NCBI GenBank assembly: GCA_937923795.1
Contig: CALDWI010000002.1
Coordinates: 11,406 to 75,405, forward strand
Length of the DNA: 64,000 nt
Source: an uncultured Collinsella sp.
GTDB lineage: Bacteria > Actinomycetota > Coriobacteriia > Coriobacteriales > Coriobacteriaceae
Direction of reading: 5' to 3'
Below, in pieces: positions 25,034-32,435 of this stretch; the stretch's first letter is position 1, and each line of letters starts with the position of its first letter. The position numbers and the translations under genes were made by a program. The notes beneath the pieces were generated by a model. That model searched no databases, was not told the DNA's origin, and was given only the letters and a program-made list of their open reading frames with translations.

Positions 25034-27529
25034 TTAGCTGATTCCCACAAACATGCAGCCCGAGGTCGCCCCGCGTAGGCGGGCGGCGGGCTTGCGGCCG
25101 GCTTGAGCCGCCTCGACGGCGCGACGGACGCGAGCGACAGCACGGCCAATCTCATCGGCCTCGAGCAGGGTTCCGTCGACCATAAGACGACGGACGCCGG
25201 CGTCGAGCAACTGCGGTACCTGCGGCGTAAGGTCGATGGGGTAGGCGTCGTACAAGCGAGAGCGGCCATGGATGTCGGTGCGCACGGGCATGACCTTGCC
25301 GTCGATATTCTTGAGCGACAGCTTGCGGGCGCGCAGGCGGCAGTTGGCGCAATCGTGGATGCAGCCATTGGCAACCTGCAGGATGCAGTGCTCGCTCGTC
25401 ATGACGCGCGGGCGGCCAAAGACGGTGATGCCCAGAGCCGCGGGCGCGGCGGCGCCGAGCGAGACAATCTCGTCGAGCGTGATCTCGGGCGAGAGCCAAA
25501 ACGCACCGGCTCCGCGCTCGGCAAGCGCCTCCATGCAGGGCGTGTTGTGCACCGGCAGGCAAGAGCGAATCTCGGCCGTGGCGCCGGCATGCGCGGCTAC
25601 GGCGAGCTCGGAGATATTGCCGACGGCGACGGTGGCTCCGGCATTGATCCAGGGATCGACGCGTACGTGGTCAACGGCGCGGCAGACCTCGTCGAGCACG
25701 GGTACGATGCCCTGCTCAAATGTATCGGCGGGGGAGAGCTCGGCCGCATCGAGCGCGTCGGTGGTCATGTAGATGCGCGTTACACCCTCGGCGCGAGCGG
25801 CCTCGGCGGCCTCGAGCGAGGTGACGGTGGCGCAGATCTGCGGCTCATCGCGGTAGTGCTCGGGCGCGGGGCGGGAATCACTGGTTACAATCGCCGGCAG
25901 CTCGAGCGTTTTCGCGCGCTCCTCGTACGGTGCCAGAATGGCCTCTTCCAGCGCCTTACAAGCGGCGGCGCGCACCTTGTGCACGGCGGAAAAGCCCATA
26001 CCGCAGCCGGCGTCGAGCGAAACGTCAAAGCTTGCGGCCTCAAAGGGAGAGGAGCCCATGCGCCCGACGTGCTCAACCAGATCGGATGCCTCGACGGCGC
26101 GGGTCTTGGCAGCCTCGACGGTAAAGCCCGTGGCCGTGGCCGTAAGCGAAGGATCGTCGCAACAGGTGAGCGCAACGGCAAACGGCTCGCCCAGACGCGC
26201 CACAACGGACACGTCTACGGCGCGGCGGCGCAGCACATCGCGCTTGAGCGCGGCGCCGGCGGCGTCGATGGCACGCTGACTGCGAATCACGCGGACGCGG
26301 CAACCCTCGGGCATGCTGCGGGGCACGCGGCATTCGATGATGTCGCCCGCGGCGGCATCATCGGCGGCAATGGTGGTCAGGAACTGGTCAAATTCGTTAT
26401 CGTGGCGAAGCTCCAGCAGGTCGCCCTTGCCCACGGGCTCAAACAACTCAATGCGGGCGATGGCGGCGCGCCGACGGCGGTCGTCGGGCTTGAGGCCGCG
26501 CACATCGCGGTTGGCCGGGCGGCTGCCCAGCACCGTGCCCACGATCTGGCCGCGGTTGTTGGAGCGCTCGTAGCTCATCATCTCGTCACCCGAGGTACCG
26601 TCTTGGTAGGCGTGCGTAAAGTCGCGGTTAAAGCAGCGCTTGAGCTGGCGTTGGCGGGCGGCTTCTTCATCCTTAGAGGTCGAAACATCGGCCAGCATAT
26701 CGTCAATCTGGTGACGGTACACATCGACGATGGAGTACACGTAATCGGGAGCCTTCATGCGACCCTCGAGCTTGAGCGATGCGGCGCCGGCGTCATACAG
26801 ATGGCGAACAAGCTGCGACGTGTTGGTGTCGCGCGGGCACAGCGCGCGCTCGCGACCGGCAGGGGAGAGCGAGCGGCCGCTCTCGTCGATCAGCTCGTAA
26901 GGCAGGCGACAGGGCTGAGCGCACATGCCGCGGTTGGCCGAGCGGCCCGCCATGGCAAAGCTCGAAAGCAGGCACAGGCCCGAGTAGCAAAAGCAGATGG
27001 CGCCGTGGCTAAAGACCTCGAGGTCGACATCGGGCGCGGCGTCGTGGATGGCGGCGATCTCGTCGATGGAGAGCTCGCGCGAGAGAGTCACGCGGTCGGC
27101 GCCCTGTTCGCGGCACCAAAGGGTTCCACGGTCATCATGGATGTTCGCCTGGGTCGAGATATGCGTCTCGATGCCGGGCATAGTGCGCTTGACCTCAAAG
27201 AACAGGCCCCAGTCCTGGATAATGAAGGCGTCGGCGCCCAGCGTGGAGCAGCGATGGATGAGTTGCAGCGCATCGCTCATCTCGGATTCCTTGATGACGA
27301 TGTTGACAGTGACGTAGACGCGCGAGCCGGCCAGGTGCGCGGCGCGGCAGGCCTGCTCAAAGGCCTCGTCGGTAAAGTTGGTTGCCTTGCGGCGGGCGTT
27401 GAAGCTGCCCATGCCGCAGTAGATGGCGTCTGCCCCGGCAGCGAGCGCGGCGGCAAAGGGCTCCGGGCCTCCGGCGGGGGCCAAGAGCTCGGGTCTGCGG
27501 TTGGTGGTTCGACTGGCGGTTGCGGTCAT
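25034..27529 (-). CDS. Peptidase U32 family protein (large, 831 aa form)
   Basis: ELLAPAGG...AGADAIYCG...TQANIHD...E.F.HGA.C.CYSG.C typical U32 core at the N-terminus, with a second U32-like region at the C-terminus. Confidence 0.8.
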   Translation of the reverse strand: MTATASRTTNRRPELLAPAGGPEPFAAALAAGADAIYCGMGSFNARRKATNFTDEAFEQACRAAHLAGSRVYVTVNIVIKESEMSDALQLIHRCSTLGADAFIIQDWGLFFEVKRTMPGIETHISTQANIHDDRGTLWCREQGADRVTLSRELSIDEIAAIHDAAPDVDLEVFSHGAICFCYSGLCLLSSFAMAGRSANRGMCAQPCRLPYELIDESGRSLSPAGRERALCPRDTNTSQLVRHLYDAGAASLKLEGRMKAPDYVYSIVDVYRHQIDDMLADVSTSKDEEAARQRQLKRCFNRDFTHAYQDGTSGDEMMSYERSNNRGQIVGTVLGSRPANRDVRGLKPDDRRRRAAIARIELFEPVGKGDLLELRHDNEFDQFLTTIAADDAAAGDIIECRVPRSMPEGCRVRVIRSQRAIDAAGAALKRDVLRRRAVDVSVVARLGEPFAVALTCCDDPSLTATATGFTVEAAKTRAVEASDLVEHVGRMGSSPFEAASFDVSLDAGCGMGFSAVHKVRAAACKALEEAILAPYEERAKTLELPAIVTSDSRPAPEHYRDEPQICATVTSLEAAEAARAEGVTRIYMTTDALDAAELSPADTFEQGIVPVLDEVCRAVDHVRVDPWINAGATVAVGNISELAVAAHAGATAEIRSCLPVHNTPCMEALAERGAGAFWLSPEITLDEIVSLGAAAPAALGITVFGRPRVMTSEHCILQVANGCIHDCANCRLRARKLSLKNIDGKVMPVRTDIHGRSRLYDAYPIDLTPQVPQLLDAGVRRLMVDGTLLEADEIGRAVARVRRAVEAAQAGRKPAARLRGATSGCMFVGIS

Positions 27530-27829
27530 ATCCTGCCTTTCAAAATGCTCAGATAATCAAAAGTATAGTGGCGCCGTTGCGGCAGGCGATGCCCGTGCTC
27601 CAAGCGGGATAAAGTCTTCAGCAGCTTGGACTGGCTGCTCCACATGAGAACCGTTCAGCGGTTCGGGGAGACCGTTGGGCGATAAAATATTCTCGCAAGC
27701 TGATAATATTCTTGCATCAAACAGAAACCTTGAGTACCATCCCAATCAAGCGCGGTGTTCAGACCGAACTGTGCCTCCCGGTGTGAACGCCGCGCTCACG
27801 CTTTCTCAACTGATCGTAAGGAGATAAAC

Positions 27830-28207
27830 ATGAGCAAGACCGTCGTGTCTTCCGATAACGCACCCGCAGCCATCGGCCCGTATTCCCCTGGTATCCAGAC
27901 CGGCAACATGGTGTTCCTGTCCGGCCAGCTGGGCATCGACCCTGCAACCGGCAAGATGCCCGAGGGCGTCGAGGCCCAGGCCAAGCAGTCCCTCGCCAAC
28001 GTCGAGGCCCTGCTGACCGCTGCCGGCGCCACCTTTGCCGATGTCGTCAAGACCACGGTCTACCTGGCCGACATTGCCGACTTCGCTGCCGTGAACGAGA
28101 TCTACGCCTCCAAGTTCGAGGCTCCGTTCCCCGCGCGCAGCGCTTTCCAGGTTGCCGCCCTTCCGGCTGGCGGTCTGGTTGAGATCGAGGTCGTCGCCGC
28201 TCTCTAA
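27830..28207 (+). CDS. ridA: RidA/YjgF family reactive enamine/imine deaminase
   Basis: APAAIGPYSPGIQTGNMVFLSGQLGIDP...ARSAFQVAALP.G..VEIE. AAGGAG RBS before the ATG at 27830. Confidence 0.9.
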   Translation: MSKTVVSSDNAPAAIGPYSPGIQTGNMVFLSGQLGIDPATGKMPEGVEAQAKQSLANVEALLTAAGATFADVVKTTVYLADIADFAAVNEIYASKFEAPFPARSAFQVAALPAGGLVEIEVVAAL

Positions 28208-28236
28208 GGCGTTGGCAACAACTAAACATGACATGC

Positions 28237-28277
28237 AAAAAGACCCTGCAGCGCGTGTGAGCTGCAGGGTCTTTTGT
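28237..28277. terminator. Bidirectional intrinsic terminator between ridA and the convergent YheO-type regulator gene
   Basis: aaaa-agaccctgcagc-gcgtgtga-gctgcagggtct-tttt. Confidence 0.8.
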
Positions 28278-28331
28278 CAAGCGATGCGACAAAAATGATC
28301 CGCTTTCCTCCGTCCCCAAGGGATCGGTGGG

Positions 28332-29039
28332 TTAGCCCTCCTTGCGAACTTTTTGCAGGTAGCGGTAGACGCTGGGCTCCGAGATGCCCAACGCGGTGGC
28401 GGCGCAGGCCACGGCGCCCTTGAGCATGAACACCCCGTTACCGTTGAGGTGGCGAATGACGTCCACGCGGTCGCTCTGACCAAGCGACGCTACATCCAGC
28501 CCGCGCGCGCTCAGCAGCTCGGCAATACTGCGGTCGATGAGCTCCTGTGTGGACTCCGAAAGGCTTTCGACCTCGATAGGGGCGGGCTCCGTGCGCGTCG
28601 GCGCCGCGTCGAAGCACGCCATGAGCTGCTGCGCCATGGCGTTGATGGAGCGCACGGTCGAGAGGTCGGTGTTGACGCAGAGCATACCGACGATCTCGTC
28701 ATTCTCGCGGATAAAGTACGTCGCGGACTCCAGCGTCTTGCCGCCGGCACCGCGCCCCTCGTAGCCCGTAATAAACGGCAGGTCGCGATACTTGGGATCG
28801 TGCATGATCTTGAGTGCCAGATCGGTGGCGGGACCGCCGACCTTGCGGCCGCTCACGATGCCGTTGCGAATATCGACGATGGCGTGGTCGGGATCCGAGA
28901 AATCGTGCAGCACGATTTCGCTGTTTTTGCCGAGTATCTGCTCCAGAAAATCGACCATCGGCAAAAAGCGACGTACGGTCTCGTTCACGGGCAACTCCTT
29001 TGGGTGAAATCGGAAATGTTCATAACAATTTTTTCTCAT
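28332..29039 (-). CDS. YheO-like PAS domain plus C-terminal HTH transcriptional regulator (copy 1)
   Basis: FLEQILGKNSEIVLHDFSDPDHAIVDIRNG.VSGRKVG and C-terminal ALGISEPSVYRYL. Paralogous to 40404-41057. Start chosen at the ATG at 29039. Confidence 0.75.
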   Translation of the reverse strand: MRKNCYEHFRFHPKELPVNETVRRFLPMVDFLEQILGKNSEIVLHDFSDPDHAIVDIRNGIVSGRKVGGPATDLALKIMHDPKYRDLPFITGYEGRGAGGKTLESATYFIRENDEIVGMLCVNTDLSTVRSINAMAQQLMACFDAAPTRTEPAPIEVESLSESTQELIDRSIAELLSARGLDVASLGQSDRVDVIRHLNGNGVFMLKGAVACAATALGISEPSVYRYLQKVRKEG

Positions 29040-29340
29040 GGTAACACGCTGCCCATCATCTCGTATATCCGCAGGTACATTGCGTAATGCAGACGAACGG
29101 TAGGAATTTAGCGGTAAACGGTTGACCAAAAGAAAAGTTAGATGTTATTTTTACCAGACATTTTTCTGACCTGCGGAAATGCGTTATTTCAGCTGAAGAA
29201 TAGTCTGATAACAAAAAATTATTATTGAGAATGAGAATCATCTTTAATACGATATGCAATGAAGGCACAACCTCAACCCCGCACTGCGTCACAATAGAGC
29301 GTTAGATGCGAAAACAACTACTTCGAGGATTGGTGGTCAA

Positions 29341-30735
29341 ATGACCCAGGAGACGGTTACGAACGGCACTGAAGCCCTGTTCACTCGCGAAGGCATGCCT
29401 CCCGTTAAGGAAATGATCCCGTGTGCCCTTCAGCACGTACTGGCATCGTTTGCCGGCATCATTACCCCGGCGGTCATCATGGCCGGCGTCTACGGCTTTA
29501 ATAGCCAGCAGAGCACCGACATCATCCAGGTCGCGCTCATTCTTTCGGCAATCGACACGGCCCTTCAGGCCTTCGCTCCCTTCCGTCGCATCGGCGGCGG
29601 CCTGCCCATCGTCATGGGCGTTTCGTTCGCGTTCCTGCCGGCCCTGCAGGCCATGGGTGCCTCGGGCTTTAGCTTTGGTGCGCTGCTGGGCGGCGAGATC
29701 GTCGGCGGCGCCGTCGCGGTCCTCTTTGGTCTGGCCTACAGCAAGATCAAGTGGCTGTTCCCGCCCGTCGTGACCGGTACGGTCATCTTCTCCATCGGCG
29801 TTTCGCTGTATCCCACGGCCGTCAAGTATATGGCCGGCGGTATGGGTACGCCGCTGTGGGGTACCCCGCAGGCCTGGTGCGTCGCTCTTATCACCTTCGC
29901 CGTGGTCTTTGCGCTCGCCAACTTTGGCAAGGGTACGCTCAAGCTGGGATCTGTGTTCTTTGGCATGATCGTTGGCATGATCGTCTCCATCCCCTTTGGT
30001 ATGATCGACTTCTCCAGCGTCGCCACCGCTCAGGTCTTCGCCCTTCCCAAGCTCATGCCCTACGCGCTCGAGTTTGATCCCGAGGTCTGCATTACCCTCG
30101 CCGTCGTGTTCCCCATGGTTGCCATCCAGGTTATCGGTGACGTCTCCGCCGCCTGCCTGGGCTCCATCGACCGTATGCCCACCGAGCGCGAACTCTCCGG
30201 CGCTATCGTGTCCCAGGGCCTCACCTCTATGGTCGGCGGCCTGCTGGGCGGTCTTCCCACCAGCGCCCTTGGCCAGAACGTGGGCATCATCTGCTCCAAC
30301 AAGGTCGTCAACAAGTGGGTCTTTGTGATCATCGCGGCCGTCTTTGCCATTGCCGGTCTGTTCCCGCAGCTCTCTGCCGTCCTTTCCGCTATCCCGCAGC
30401 CCGTCATCGGCGGCGCGACCGTCGGCGTCTTTGGCACCATCACCATGAACGGCGTGCGCATGTTCACCCGCGAGGGCCTCACGCAGCGCACTACCACCAT
30501 CGTCGGCACCTCCGTCGTCTTTGGCCTGGGTATCTGGATGGCCAGTGGTTGCCTTGCCGGCGAGGGTATGCCCGCCTGGGTGTCCACCGTCATCGGCTCC
30601 AATGCCGTAACCCCCACCGCCATCATGGCCATTGTCCTTAACCTGATCCTTCCGCAGACGCCGGTCGTGGCTCAGCACATCGATGCTGCCAAGGACGCTG
30701 CCGTGGATCTGGTCTTGCCCGAGAGCAAGAAGTAA
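29341..30735 (+). CDS. Nucleobase:cation symporter-2 (NCS2) family purine (xanthine/uric acid type) permease
   Basis: 464 aa polytopic protein with an NCS2-like GDVSAA/QGL..M.GGLLGGLPTS..GQNVG region. Confidence 0.85.
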   Translation: MTQETVTNGTEALFTREGMPPVKEMIPCALQHVLASFAGIITPAVIMAGVYGFNSQQSTDIIQVALILSAIDTALQAFAPFRRIGGGLPIVMGVSFAFLPALQAMGASGFSFGALLGGEIVGGAVAVLFGLAYSKIKWLFPPVVTGTVIFSIGVSLYPTAVKYMAGGMGTPLWGTPQAWCVALITFAVVFALANFGKGTLKLGSVFFGMIVGMIVSIPFGMIDFSSVATAQVFALPKLMPYALEFDPEVCITLAVVFPMVAIQVIGDVSAACLGSIDRMPTERELSGAIVSQGLTSMVGGLLGGLPTSALGQNVGIICSNKVVNKWVFVIIAAVFAIAGLFPQLSAVLSAIPQPVIGGATVGVFGTITMNGVRMFTREGLTQRTTTIVGTSVVFGLGIWMASGCLAGEGMPAWVSTVIGSNAVTPTAIMAIVLNLILPQTPVVAQHIDAAKDAAVDLVLPESKK

Positions 30736-30930
30736 CCAATTCGGTGCTATTCGTCGGCGGACGCATCGCCTCGTCCGCCGACGCCATGCGGCACCAAGCC
30801 GCACTTCAAAGGGTTTGTCCCTTTGGTGAAGCGTTGACGGGAGAGGGCCCGTTTCCGGTGTAGGCCGGCGCTTCGCACTCCGCCATGTCAGAGGTGTCAA
30901 ACCCCGCCTCTGATGTTGAAGGGAGCATCC

Positions 30931-32286
30931 ATGCTTCTGGTCGCTAACGGTTCCGTCTTTACCCGCAACGCTCAGACCCCGTTTATTCCAAACGGTGCGG
31001 TCGCCATTGACGGAGATACGATCGTCGAAGTGGGCCCCGAGCGCGAGCTCAAGGCCAAGTACCCGGATGCCGAGTACGTCGATGCCCAGGGCAACCTCAT
31101 CATGCCCGGACTCATCAACTGCCACACCCACATCTACTCGGGTCTGGCCCGCGGCCTTGCCATTAAGGGCTGCAACCCCACCAACTTCTTGGAGAATCTC
31201 GAGCAGCAGTGGTGGAAGATCGACGACAACCTGACGCTCGACGGCACCAAGGCCAGCGCCTATGCTACGATTTTGGACTCCATCCGTGATGGCGTCACCA
31301 CGATCTTCGATCACCATGCGAGCTTCTGCGAGATTCCGGGAAGCCTCTTTACCATTAAGGATGCAGCTCAGGAGCTGGGCATGCGTTCGTGCCTGTGCTA
31401 CGAGGTCTCCGATCGCCGCGGCCAGGAAAAGTGCGACCAGGCCATTGCCGAGAACGCCGAATTTGCCCAGTGGGCCGCCAAGGAGCGTCGCGATAACGAC
31501 AACCACATGATCGCCGCCATGTTTGGCGGACATGCTACCTTTACGCTTTCGGACGAGACCATGGATAAGATGGCCGAGGCCAACAACGGCCTGACCGGCT
31601 TCCACATCCATGTGTGCGAGGGCATGAACGACGTGTGGGACTCCCGCCTCAACCGCGGTGGCATCAGCCCCGTCGAGCGCCTGCTGCAGCACAACCTGCT
31701 GGGTCCCGACACCATGCTGGGCCACTGCATCCACGTGACGCCTGCCGAGATGGATATCGTCAAGGAGTCCGGCACTTGGCTCGTCAACAACCCCGAATCC
31801 AATATGGGCAACGCCGTGGGCTGCGCCCCCGTGCTCGAGTTCTTCCGCCGCGGCATCCCCGTGTGCATGGGCACCGACGCCTACACCCACGATATGCTCG
31901 AGAGCCTTAAGGTCTTCCTGATTATTCAGCGCCACAACGCCGCCATGCCCAACGTGGGCTGGTGCGAGGCCATGACGATGCTGTTCGAGAACAACGCCAA
32001 GATGGCGAGCAAGTACTTCGATCGCAAGCTCGGTGTGCTCGAGGCCGGCGCTGCCGCCGACGTTATCGTTATGGACTACAAGCCCTTTACGCCGCTGAGC
32101 GAGGAGAATATCGACGGCCACATGCTCTTTGGCATGATGGGCAAAAACTGCCGCACCACCATCATCAACGGCCGCGTCCTGTACAAGGATCGCGAGTTCG
32201 TTGGCATTGATGAGGACAAGATCAACGCGTGGACCATGGCCGAGTCCAAGAAGCTCTGGAGCACGCTCAACGATCGCACCTACTAA
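30931..32286 (+). CDS. ssnA: SsnA-type aminohydrolase (amidohydrolase superfamily)
   Basis: Colinear with recalled E. coli SsnA: MPGLINCHTHIYSGLARG, IFDHHAS, HIHVCEG, LGHCIH, LVNNPESNMGN, GTDA. GAAGGGA RBS before the ATG at 30931. Confidence 0.85.
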   Translation: MLLVANGSVFTRNAQTPFIPNGAVAIDGDTIVEVGPERELKAKYPDAEYVDAQGNLIMPGLINCHTHIYSGLARGLAIKGCNPTNFLENLEQQWWKIDDNLTLDGTKASAYATILDSIRDGVTTIFDHHASFCEIPGSLFTIKDAAQELGMRSCLCYEVSDRRGQEKCDQAIAENAEFAQWAAKERRDNDNHMIAAMFGGHATFTLSDETMDKMAEANNGLTGFHIHVCEGMNDVWDSRLNRGGISPVERLLQHNLLGPDTMLGHCIHVTPAEMDIVKESGTWLVNNPESNMGNAVGCAPVLEFFRRGIPVCMGTDAYTHDMLESLKVFLIIQRHNAAMPNVGWCEAMTMLFENNAKMASKYFDRKLGVLEAGAAADVIVMDYKPFTPLSEENIDGHMLFGMMGKNCRTTIINGRVLYKDREFVGIDEDKINAWTMAESKKLWSTLNDRTY

Positions 32287-32300
32287 TTCACAAGTAGATT

Positions 32301-32336
32301 CGCGCGCGTCGGATGTTTCGCCACATCCGACGCGCG
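32301..32336 (+). other. 15-bp GC-rich hairpin between ssnA and ygfK with no U-tract
   Basis: gcgcgcgtcggatgt-ttcgcc-acatccgacgcgcgc. Confidence 0.6.
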
Positions 32337-32435
32337 CATAGGCGGCCTCCGCGGGGTCGCCGGCGCTGTGCTAGCGCTACACCGTATTTGCGCCCGCCGC
32401 GCGGTCTCGCCGGGCGTTACAGAGAGGAACTCATT

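Noticed and set aside
25103-27556. 817-aa ORF on the plus strand opposite the U32 peptidase gene
   Set aside because: Same GC-bias artefact. The composition is dominated by G/A/R/D/V and no domain is present. The minus-strand frame carries clear U32 motifs.
30736-30930. Guanine/xanthine riboswitch in the permease-ssnA spacer
   Set aside because: I could not find the conserved purine-riboswitch core (three-way junction with its loop-loop motifs) by eye. It is kept only as an unclassified structured spacer.
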